Shown in pieces: positions 34,373 through 42,396 of a stretch of DNA of 64,000 nt; within the stretch, counting starts at the first letter, position 1; the number at the start of each line of letters is the position of its first letter. Location of the stretch: sequence record PZ495249.1; one strand, 5' to 3'. Made by a program: the position numbers and the translations under genes. The notes below the pieces were generated by a model. The model saw nothing but the letters and a program-made list of their open reading frames with translations. It searched no databases and had not been told where the DNA came from. This stretch comes from a phage.

Positions 34373-34657
34373 ATGTTTGAACAAAATCAAATCTTCCAAC
34401 AAGGACTCGTTCAGATTATTCGCAATCTCAAGAATGCGGGTATTGAAGATATCACAACCGAGATCGTAGGATTACACAATGGTAACAAAGGTATGAAGTT
34501 CCGCTTCTATACCGAAGACCAATGGGTATCCAATCCAGCTAATCGAGCAAACGAGGCGGTGAAGCTATTCGGTAAAACTTACAAGGGTGAGTTTAAGATG
34601 CCAGATCATATCGTTGCATATGATAAGGTGAAGTATTTTGTTGTTGAAGTAAAATAA
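34373..34657 (+). CDS. hypothetical protein, 94 aa
   Basis: SD AAGGAGGAAATC-ATG. Confidence 0.35.
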   Translation: MFEQNQIFQQGLVQIIRNLKNAGIEDITTEIVGLHNGNKGMKFRFYTEDQWVSNPANRANEAVKLFGKTYKGEFKMPDHIVAYDKVKYFVVEVK

Positions 34658-34666
34658 GGAGAAACT

Positions 34667-35551
34667 ATGTTTGCTAAAAATTTCAAATCTGTTCTGCCTC
34701 TGGCTGCTGGTGAAGGTTTATCTCTCTCTGCGCTGAATAGCATTACAGATCGTCCACTGGATTTCGTTATCGCAGAAGGACAGCAAGCCCACACCATTGG
34801 GCTGGTAAAGTTTGAGGACGACAACTCCTACGTGAAAGAGTTCTCTGGCCTCCAGATGATCAACGTTGGTCAGTCTGTGAAGAAAGTGAACAAGAAGAAA
34901 GTTAAACGTCTTCTGGCAGCAAAAATCAAAACTATGGAAGAAGCTTTCCTGCTGGAAAATCCAGGTAAAGAGTTCTTCTTGGATAAAGAAAGTAAGAAAG
35001 CTGTAGAAGCGGATATCATTTTCTCCCTGCTCCCTGAGACAGAGGCAGATGATTTCTACAACTACGTAGTGGTTGATACGACTACCGATATTGTGTATGT
35101 TATCAATGGTAGCAAGAAAATCAGCGAAGAAATCTCTATCTTCCTGCGTGATGTTCTGGGTAGCTTCCCTGTAATGGGCTTTGGTGTTCATGAAGAAGTA
35201 ATCGTGAAAGGCTTCGGTGACATTCTGGAAACTCACGAACATGAACGCCTGACTCTGGGTAACTACATCAAACTGGAAGATGATGAAGGTGTTGTAGTGT
35301 GGAGCAAAGAATCCCTGTACGAGTCTAAGGCTCTTGAACTGAAAGAAGATGGTAAGTCTGTTGTTGCTATCGGTTTGGAGTTTGACGGTGTAGTGAACTT
35401 TGTTGTTGATAAGGAGTTCCGCCTTAGTGGAGTGAAGTTCCCGAAATACTTCAACGATGAGGAAGGAAGTATCGAAGCGGCAGCACTGCTGTGCTTCAAC
35501 GAGATTCGTGGTGTGCTTGCTGATCTGAAAAGCGCAACTTTCGATAAATAA
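34667..35551 (+). CDS. hypothetical protein, 294 aa
   Basis: SD AAGGAGAAACT-ATG; acidic; no motif recognised (RdgC-like was considered but is unsupported). Confidence 0.35.
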   Translation: MFAKNFKSVLPLAAGEGLSLSALNSITDRPLDFVIAEGQQAHTIGLVKFEDDNSYVKEFSGLQMINVGQSVKKVNKKKVKRLLAAKIKTMEEAFLLENPGKEFFLDKESKKAVEADIIFSLLPETEADDFYNYVVVDTTTDIVYVINGSKKISEEISIFLRDVLGSFPVMGFGVHEEVIVKGFGDILETHEHERLTLGNYIKLEDDEGVVVWSKESLYESKALELKEDGKSVVAIGLEFDGVVNFVVDKEFRLSGVKFPKYFNDEEGSIEAAALLCFNEIRGVLADLKSATFDK

Positions 35552-35554
35552 ATC

Positions 35555-35584
35555 TTGACTTAGGTACTTCGTTTGTGTTAGTAT
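35555..35584 (+). promoter_or_regulatory. sigma70-like promoter
   Basis: TTGACT - 17/18 nt - TAGTAT upstream of the gene at 35626. Confidence 0.35.
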
Positions 35585-35625
35585 GCCCTCCTACTTAGTT
35601 AGGTGGGCTTTTAAAGGAGAACATT

Positions 35626-35835
35626 ATGAATAAGATTCTGATGGCTTTACTGTTAGTGGCAAGTGCTCCTGCAACCGCAGGGCAGATTACTATTCCAAAC
35701 TCTGGTGAGGCTGTGAATGGTGACACAAAAGTTTGCTTCTATTCCAACTCCAATTATGACTTCACCTACGAAGTATCCGCAAATCGTCAGTGTCCTGGGA
35801 CACGCACGTTTAGTACAGACGAGGATGATGAATAG
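35626..35835 (+). CDS. small secreted protein, 69 aa
   Basis: Signal peptide MNKILMALLLVASAPATAGQ; SD AAAGGAGAACATT-ATG. Confidence 0.45.
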   Translation: MNKILMALLLVASAPATAGQITIPNSGEAVNGDTKVCFYSNSNYDFTYEVSANRQCPGTRTFSTDEDDE

Positions 35836-35949
35836 GAGGAGTAAATCGGTTACATATTAATTGAGCCGGAAGACCTACACAAATACGTTGATGAAGATAC
35901 GATTGCAGCAATTGACTACGATCAGATAGCATTCCAAGCAGCATCTGCA

Positions 35950-36981
35950 TTGGAAAAGCGCAGTATCCACGCCGTACACAAGGCTTCCGGTAACGTAAAA
36001 GAGTTTGCGAATAGAACAGAGTTTTGGGGAAATAAGAAGCACGAAATTGAGGGCTGGCTCGGAGCACTAAATGCATCACGAGAACAAGAAGGTAAACGCC
36101 CATTCACCAAAGAAGATTTTGATATCTTAGACGTGCAAGAAGTACCTGAGAAAATAGCTTTCACATTCCAAGCTGCAAAGACAAAAATCGCTGGTATCAT
36201 GGAACATCTCAAACTGAGAAAATACTGTGGTGTTATCGGCGTAGGCAAGACCTTCCGGCATTCCTTCGCGATGCCAACAGAATACAAATCTGAACGATCT
36301 GAAATAAAACCTCTTCAACTATCTGACACGAAAGATTACCTTGTGGAACAACACAATGGTAACGTTGTTACGGGACTTGAAGCAGATGACGCTCTGGAAA
36401 TCTTCGGTTACTCCGGCTGGAAAGCCTATAAAGAAACTGGAAAGTTCTCACACATCGTAGTGTCAATTGATAAAGATAGTCTCTCGACTCCAAGTTTGCT
36501 CTTCAACTTCTACAAAGAAGACGGCGTTTTCAAACAACCTTACATCATTCTTATCGACGATTCGATTGGTGAGATTTGGGTTGTCGAAAAGGGCAAGAAG
36601 AAAGAGATTAAGGGTTGGGGTAGTATGTGGTTGGCTTATCAGATGCTTATGGGCGACAAGACAGACAGTATTCGTCCTTACCAGGACTTCGGTATCAAGT
36701 TCGGAGATATGGCTTGCTTCAATCTGATCTCGGAGTGTAAGACACAAGCTGAATTATTCAACACAGTTAAAGCCCAATATCACAAGTGGTTCCCCGATGG
36801 TGTAAGTTTTACATCGTGGGATGGAACAGATACTTGGATGGAAACTGATGCATGGATAGAAACAATCTTCCAACTGGTCTACATGAAGCGTTGGGAAAAT
36901 GATGAAACAACATTTGAGAGTATGTTAAAAGCATACGAAGCAGAACAGGACGAAGCACTGTCCATTCAGGAGGAAAATTGA
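35950..36981 (+). CDS. FEN-family 5'-3' exonuclease / flap endonuclease (start uncertain)
   Basis: GLEADDALE acidic motif and H3TH-like LMGDKTDSIRPYQDFGIKFGDMA; first in-frame start is TTG at 35950 with no SD; frame is open upstream to 35845. Confidence 0.5.
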   Translation: MEKRSIHAVHKASGNVKEFANRTEFWGNKKHEIEGWLGALNASREQEGKRPFTKEDFDILDVQEVPEKIAFTFQAAKTKIAGIMEHLKLRKYCGVIGVGKTFRHSFAMPTEYKSERSEIKPLQLSDTKDYLVEQHNGNVVTGLEADDALEIFGYSGWKAYKETGKFSHIVVSIDKDSLSTPSLLFNFYKEDGVFKQPYIILIDDSIGEIWVVEKGKKKEIKGWGSMWLAYQMLMGDKTDSIRPYQDFGIKFGDMACFNLISECKTQAELFNTVKAQYHKWFPDGVSFTSWDGTDTWMETDAWIETIFQLVYMKRWENDETTFESMLKAYEAEQDEALSIQEEN

Positions 36982-37943
36982 GTAAATTAACAAACGAGCA
37001 GAAAGTTGCAATCACGTCAATGAAAGCTGCTGGTTATTCTTCACGTCACATCGCCGCTACCGTACTTGGTAGCGCAACTCGTAAAAGTACAGTCAACGAC
37101 TTCCTTGCACGAGAGAATTTTGACGAAGTGTTCGAAGTTGAAGATGCAGTTAAAAAGCCTGTAATAAAGATTATTGACGTTGAGACAGCGCCAGAAATCG
37201 TTTACAGCTTCCGCAGATTCAAGGCTTTCATTTCGCCAGATCAGGTGATCAAACGTGGCTACCTGCTTTCCTACTCCATCTCTGATCTGTACACCGGAGA
37301 AGTAGAAGGTAAGAACCTTAGCGATTATCCGCTGTTCGACATTGATCATACAGATGATTGGGAATTATGTCAAGACCTGTGGCGTATTCTGGACGAAGCC
37401 GATGTTGTTGTAGCACATAACGGTTATAAGTTTGACCGAGCTTACATCAACCAACGTTTCGCATTCCACGGTATGCAACCACCATCTACCTACGTAGTTG
37501 TGGACACATTGAAAGCTGCCAAGAAACAATTTGCATTACCATCCAACTCCCTGAAAGAGATGGGCGCATACTTCGAAACCGAAAGTGAAAAACTGGATAA
37601 CGAAGGATTCCCACTCTGGAAAGCATGTTGCGAAGGTGATCGAGATGCGTTCGGACGTATGCAGACTTACAACGATGGTGATGTTGTGTCACTGCGTGAT
37701 CTGTATATCAAAATCCTTGCGTGGATTCCTCAGCACCCTAACCTGGCAGCATACTACGAAGACGAGCTGCGTCGTTGCCCTCGTTGTGGTAAAGACCATC
37801 TCGTACCAGTGGCTGGTAAGTTCTATAACACCGCTGTCAGTACGTTCCAAGTGTTACGTTGTACTTCATGTCAGAGCCTGTCTCGTGGACGTGTTAACCT
37901 GCGCAGCAAAGAGAAACGTGCCTCAACCGTTATCGGTATTTAA
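36978..37943 (+). CDS. DnaQ-like 3'-5' exonuclease with N-terminal HTH and C-terminal zinc ribbon, 321 aa
   Basis: DEDDh-type motifs IDVETAPE, HNGYKFDRAY, YNDGDVVSLRDL; CPRCG...CTSCQ ribbon. Confidence 0.55.
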   Translation: MSKLTNEQKVAITSMKAAGYSSRHIAATVLGSATRKSTVNDFLARENFDEVFEVEDAVKKPVIKIIDVETAPEIVYSFRRFKAFISPDQVIKRGYLLSYSISDLYTGEVEGKNLSDYPLFDIDHTDDWELCQDLWRILDEADVVVAHNGYKFDRAYINQRFAFHGMQPPSTYVVVDTLKAAKKQFALPSNSLKEMGAYFETESEKLDNEGFPLWKACCEGDRDAFGRMQTYNDGDVVSLRDLYIKILAWIPQHPNLAAYYEDELRRCPRCGKDHLVPVAGKFYNTAVSTFQVLRCTSCQSLSRGRVNLRSKEKRASTVIGI

Positions 37944-37947
37944 TATA

Positions 37948-37972
37948 AACCCGCTTCGGCGGGTTTTTTATT
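37948..37972 (+). terminator. intrinsic terminator
   Basis: CCCGC-TTCG-GCGGG hairpin followed by TTTTTTATT. Confidence 0.5.
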
Positions 37973-37981
37973 GTTAAAGGC

Positions 37982-38011
37982 TTGACACAGAACCACCGAT
38001 TGTAGTAGAAT
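37982..38011 (+). promoter_or_regulatory. sigma70-like promoter
   Basis: TTGACA - 18 nt - TAGAAT directly after the terminator. Confidence 0.4.
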
Positions 38012-38045
38012 TCAATCACTGAGTGGACTATCCAAAGGAGGAAAC

Positions 38046-38474
38046 ATGAACCCAGTTGAATTTACAGATTACGAGTCATTTCGTGAATACTCTGCCGACT
38101 CCGGCAAGAACAACGCTGCGCGAGCACTGTACCGTCAGTTTATTGACCTTAACGGACTTGAACGAAACACACATATCATTGATGACGATGGTGTGATTAT
38201 CGGACGAGATAACCGCCAGCAGGTGATGATAAACGGTAGTATGTACGCCGTATCTGTGGGCGACAATAAAGAATGTCGTCAATATGATGTAGAAGACTAC
38301 AACGGTATTCTTCACATTGATCCTCGCAATGGTTTGGTTAGCATCAGTTACAAGGATGATCTCCAAATCAACACCAAGTCTCCTAACCTAATCAGGAGCA
38401 AAACCAAGACTCCAGCTTGCAATGCGAAGATGAAAAACCACCGCAAGGTGTTTGGTCTTAAAATCTGGCGTTAA
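38046..38474 (+). CDS. hypothetical protein, 142 aa
   Basis: SD AAAGGAGGAAAC-ATG. Confidence 0.4.
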   Translation: MNPVEFTDYESFREYSADSGKNNAARALYRQFIDLNGLERNTHIIDDDGVIIGRDNRQQVMINGSMYAVSVGDNKECRQYDVEDYNGILHIDPRNGLVSISYKDDLQINTKSPNLIRSKTKTPACNAKMKNHRKVFGLKIWR

Positions 38475-38531
38475 GCTGAAACACAACTTATCATTCAAGG
38501 GGCTTCTGCCCCTTTCTGCATTGGAGAAAAT

Positions 38532-38933
38532 ATGTCTGACGCTCTAAAAACTCAGGTCGATGGCGACCATTACAAGAAACAAAAAATCCAACCTATTGAA
38601 TTAGCTTACCTTATCGGTGCAACACCATGCTTCACTAAGCTGGCGAAGTACATGACACGAGACAAGGGTGATCGTAATATTAACCTTGACAAGGCTATTC
38701 ACTGTGTTAATATCGAGAAAGAAATTCATGAAACCGCTATGTACCACATTCTTGATAGCTACCCTTTACTGGCTAACCCTGCAAGGTTAGGTCAGGCTGA
38801 AATGCTCATCAACATCTTCTCAGAAGATCCGTTTGTGCAAGCCGCGCTGAAAGCAATGATCAGACAGGACTACGACGAGGCAATTGCCGAAGTTGAAGCC
38901 CTGAAAAGGTTATTAAATGTCAAGCACGAGTAA
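38532..38933 (+). CDS. hypothetical protein, 133 aa
   Basis: N-terminal VDGDHYKKQKIQPIELAYLIG segment; family not assigned. Confidence 0.4.
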   Translation: MSDALKTQVDGDHYKKQKIQPIELAYLIGATPCFTKLAKYMTRDKGDRNINLDKAIHCVNIEKEIHETAMYHILDSYPLLANPARLGQAEMLINIFSEDPFVQAALKAMIRQDYDEAIAEVEALKRLLNVKHE

Positions 38934-39120
38934 GCAATATGGAGAAGGTGAGGTTTATAAGATCTACAATCGCAAAGGCGACAAGCTCTTACAAACTATC
39001 ACCATGCCGGAGAGTATGTGCAAAGCAGGTCTGGATAGAATGTTGTTCTTCAAGTACAACATTGCCCCAGGCGATTATGTAGCTAAGAAGGTGAGTAACA
39101 TTGGCGAACAAGGAACCTAA
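38917..39120 (+). CDS. hypothetical protein, 67 aa
   Basis: Short ORF overlapping its neighbours. Confidence 0.3.
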   Translation: MSSTSKQYGEGEVYKIYNRKGDKLLQTITMPESMCKAGLDRMLFFKYNIAPGDYVAKKVSNIGEQGT

Positions 39121-39679
39121 GATTGTATGGGGTGAGGGAACCCCCTGGAGAACCCAAGCAGAATTCTACACGTATTTGCGAGGTTGTCTAAGGAGAGCAT
39201 GGATTCGACACCCCAACAAGATTAAACGTATTAACGCACTACGCTACCAAGTTGATCGACTTGACAAAGACGGTAACGTAATGCGAGATAAGAAAACAGG
39301 TAAACCAAAGAAAATCTGGAACTGCAAGTGTGAACTCTGTGGACACACAGGCGGAATGAAAGATTTCCAAGTAGACCACATCCACGCCGCAGGTGCGCTA
39401 ACCTGCTATGAAGACCTTCCAGGTTTTGCTCTAAGACTCCTCTACGTAAACGAAGAAGACCTACGAGTAGTTTGCAAGAAATGCAACTCAATCCTCGCAT
39501 ATGCTGATAAGCACAACTTATCGTTCGTAGAAGCGTCGGCGGAGAAAGAAGCCATTGAAATCTGTCGTACTAAGAAGGACAAACAGTGGCTTGAGAAACG
39601 TGGAGTGAAGCCTGAAAGTACAATAATTAAGCGAAGAAAACAGATAGTGAAAATACTTCTTGATCTTGCGCAACAATAA
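39101..39679 (+). CDS. HNH endonuclease, 192 aa
   Basis: CELCGHTGGMKDFQVDHIHAAG ... CKKCN (Cys pairs flanking catalytic His). Confidence 0.5.
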   Translation: MANKEPKIVWGEGTPWRTQAEFYTYLRGCLRRAWIRHPNKIKRINALRYQVDRLDKDGNVMRDKKTGKPKKIWNCKCELCGHTGGMKDFQVDHIHAAGALTCYEDLPGFALRLLYVNEEDLRVVCKKCNSILAYADKHNLSFVEASAEKEAIEICRTKKDKQWLEKRGVKPESTIIKRRKQIVKILLDLAQQ

Positions 39680-39719
39680 CGTAATATAAGCCCCATCAGA
39701 CGGGGCTTTGAGGAGAACC

Positions 39720-40319
39720 ATGAGAATCGTCTGTGACTGTGATTTAGTAATAGCTCCGGCTGATGTTCCCTGGCTTGCCTGGTTGAATGCTGTGAGTGGT
39801 GACAATGTTGTATTGCCAGCAACTGGCAAAGATGCACATTACGACCTATCTGCATACTTCCCAGACTTCGAGAAGAGGTTTGGTATCGACCCGCATTCCT
39901 TCTGGGATAATCAGCATCTGTACGACACAATGGGTACAGTGCCAGGCAGCGTGAATACTCTTAACTATCTTGGTAAGGCTGGAGATACCCTTCTCATCGC
40001 AAGCCACACCAAAGGTGGACATTTTAGCTCCAAGTACCGCTATATAAAACGCAACCTCCCTGAATTTGATTTCGGACGAGGAACAGGTAATGGCTTCTTT
40101 GCGACGAAGGAGAAATACCTACTCCCCTGCGATATAGCAATTGATGATCGGGCAGAGAATCTCGTCTTATTCCCAGATCATGTAGTGAAGGTGTACTTCA
40201 ACACCATATATCAAGATCCATTCTTGGAAGAATTAAAAACCATGCCGAACGTACTGATAACTTCCATCGAAGATCCTTGGAAGGATGTATTCAATGCGGT
40301 TGACATTTATCATAAATAG
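39720..40319 (+). CDS. HAD-superfamily phosphatase (putative 5'-deoxyribonucleotidase), 199 aa
   Basis: N-terminal MRIVCDCDLV (DxD nucleophile motif); SD GAGGAGAACC-ATG. Confidence 0.4.
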   Translation: MRIVCDCDLVIAPADVPWLAWLNAVSGDNVVLPATGKDAHYDLSAYFPDFEKRFGIDPHSFWDNQHLYDTMGTVPGSVNTLNYLGKAGDTLLIASHTKGGHFSSKYRYIKRNLPEFDFGRGTGNGFFATKEKYLLPCDIAIDDRAENLVLFPDHVVKVYFNTIYQDPFLEELKTMPNVLITSIEDPWKDVFNAVDIYHK

Positions 40320-40327
40320 GAGGAGAC

Positions 40328-40633
40328 ATGGGTAAAGTAGTTATAAATACTTGTTACGGCGGTTTCGGCTTATCTGCTTTCGCCGTAGATAAGATGGAAG
40401 AAAGAGGTTATAAAGTTGATCGATACGAGTTCGGTAGTTTCCTGGATGACAATATTCCTCGACATAATCCAGATTTAATAGCAGTCGTAGAAGAATTAGG
40501 TGAAGATGCGAATGGATTCTGCGCTGAATTAACTATCGTAGAATTTGATGGTAATGTTTATCGCATTGATGAATATGATGGTTATGAAAGTGTAGTTACA
40601 CCAGAAGACCAGAAGTGGATTGTAATTGAGTAA
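40328..40633 (+). CDS. hypothetical protein, 101 aa
   Basis: SD AGGAGACATG. Confidence 0.4.
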   Translation: MGKVVINTCYGGFGLSAFAVDKMEERGYKVDRYEFGSFLDDNIPRHNPDLIAVVEELGEDANGFCAELTIVEFDGNVYRIDEYDGYESVVTPEDQKWIVIE

Positions 40634-40639
40634 GGAGAA

Positions 40640-41611
40640 ATGATGGTAGATATTAGCGCAAAAGTAATTGCACACTCTCACAACGGATGTGGGAATGAAA
40701 TTGTAACCTTCGAGTTGGAATATCCTCGAATTATTCATAGTGAATTGATGACTCACCGTTTATTCAGTCGCAATGCTGCATCGAGTCGAGCTATTCCGGT
40801 GAAGACACTGATCGAAATGGTTCGTCAAGAGCCAGCAATGCCCTATCGCTTTGGTGCAAATCAACCAGGGATGCAAGATAAGGGTGTAGAACACGATGGG
40901 ATCGTAGGTGCAGGATATACTGGTCGTGAGTGGTGGAATCTTGCTGCGCTTAGTGCTGCTCGCTTTGCAGAAGAACTGGCAGAGGCTGGTTATCATAAAC
41001 AAGTTGTTAACCGTCTTCTGGAGCCGTTCCAACGCATGAAGACCGTTCTGACTGCCACAGAGTATGAAAACTTCTGGTGGCTGCGTGTAGACGCTGACGC
41101 TGATCCAACTATCGAAGCCCTTGCGAAAGCGATGCATAAAGAATATGAAGCATCTGAACCAGAACTCCTACAACCTGGTCAATGGCACACGCCATATGTT
41201 GATCACATCTATGTGCTTGCAGCAGGTAGTGGAGATTTAGATCCTCCTGTATTTGATGGTTATTGTGTCTATGATGAAGACAATCATCCGGTACGTTTAA
41301 CTACCGAAGAGGCGAAATCTATTTCATCCTCGTGTTGTGCTCAGGTGAGTTATCGCCGTCTTAACTCGACTAAAGATAAAGCCCTTGATATTTATGGACG
41401 TTTACTTACAGGGCGTAAGGTACATGCTTCTCCATTCGAACATCAGGCAACACCAATGCAAGAAACGGATGGATATAAGAATATGGAACCGTATAAGTGT
41501 AATTGGGAAGAAGGTGTCACACACATGGATCGAGATGGTGATCTGTGGTCAGGCAACTTCAAAGGCTTCATTCAACATCGTCAGCTTTTGGACAATCACA
41601 CCAAGTGGTGA
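40640..41611 (+). CDS. thyX: ThyX-like flavin-dependent thymidylate synthase, 323 aa
   Basis: ThyX-type signature THRLFSRNAASSRAIP (RHR-x7-S-like) and HASPFEH; longer than typical ThyX. Confidence 0.5.
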   Translation: MMVDISAKVIAHSHNGCGNEIVTFELEYPRIIHSELMTHRLFSRNAASSRAIPVKTLIEMVRQEPAMPYRFGANQPGMQDKGVEHDGIVGAGYTGREWWNLAALSAARFAEELAEAGYHKQVVNRLLEPFQRMKTVLTATEYENFWWLRVDADADPTIEALAKAMHKEYEASEPELLQPGQWHTPYVDHIYVLAAGSGDLDPPVFDGYCVYDEDNHPVRLTTEEAKSISSSCCAQVSYRRLNSTKDKALDIYGRLLTGRKVHASPFEHQATPMQETDGYKNMEPYKCNWEEGVTHMDRDGDLWSGNFKGFIQHRQLLDNHTKW

Positions 41612-41628
41612 TTTAGTTCAAAATCCTA

Positions 41629-41657
41629 TTGACTTTTAGTTGAGATTCATGTAAGAT
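41629..41657 (+). promoter_or_regulatory. sigma70-like promoter
   Basis: TTGACT - 17 nt - TAAGAT, followed by a GGGAGAG/CTCTCCC hairpin before the next start. Confidence 0.35.
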
Positions 41658-41709
41658 AGCATAACGTTGGGAGAGCTATGTCTCTCCCTTGAGAAGAGAA
41701 GGAGAATTT

Positions 41710-42120
41710 ATGTCATTAATCAATACAACCGTTTGGGCGACCGTAAGCATGTCTACCATTGAAGCAACCCCTATCTGGCAAGAAAAATTAGCACAACACA
41801 ACGGCTATATCCCTAAACAAGAGTACGGTACTGTTCTTAAACAAGCACTCGTAACATTAGGCATGGCTAACGATGGTTCATACACCGTCGAACGAAACGT
41901 CAATATTCGAAGTAATAATGACCTTCGTACTGTATATGCAAATACCACCTTGTACACTTTCCCTGTACGATCTAATTATCCATACAAACGTGTATATCAG
42001 AATCGTGATATTCTACATTTCGGAGAAGAAGGTTTTACTGGTTGGGGCGTATCTCACATCAAAATGGAAGACTTCGGAAATGAACATGATCCATCAAGAG
42101 AAGATGGTTCAGATTTCTAA
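41710..42120 (+). CDS. hypothetical protein, 136 aa
   Basis: ATG with SD GAAGGAGAATTT; the track ORF starts earlier at a non-ATG codon. Confidence 0.4.
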   Translation: MSLINTTVWATVSMSTIEATPIWQEKLAQHNGYIPKQEYGTVLKQALVTLGMANDGSYTVERNVNIRSNNDLRTVYANTTLYTFPVRSNYPYKRVYQNRDILHFGEEGFTGWGVSHIKMEDFGNEHDPSREDGSDF

Positions 42121-42132
42121 TTGAGAGGCCAA

Positions 42133-42381
42133 ATGACCGATAGCAATAAATATCAAGGCTGTGAAATTGAAGTCTATTACGATGAAACGGTAGGTTGCAA
42201 TGTTACAGTTATTAAAGACACATCAAAACGATTATCCCCGAAAAGACAAGAAGCAGACAGGAAAGCAAAAGAGAAAGGGTTTGAAGATATAAACCATTTC
42301 GAAGGATTCTTATATGCCAACGGCTTATTTAATGAAATGCGCGGTGGATATGATGTTGATGTATTAAACATGCACAATTAA
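42133..42381 (+). CDS. hypothetical protein, 82 aa
   Basis: ATG with SD GAGAGG. Confidence 0.4.
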   Translation: MTDSNKYQGCEIEVYYDETVGCNVTVIKDTSKRLSPKRQEADRKAKEKGFEDINHFEGFLYANGLFNEMRGGYDVDVLNMHN

Positions 42382-42396
42382 GGTTAGGGAGTAGAA

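Noticed and set aside
34667-35551. RdgC-like recombination-associated protein assignment for the 294-aa ORF.
   Set aside because: Only size and acidic character match; no diagnostic motif could be confirmed by eye, so it is left as hypothetical.
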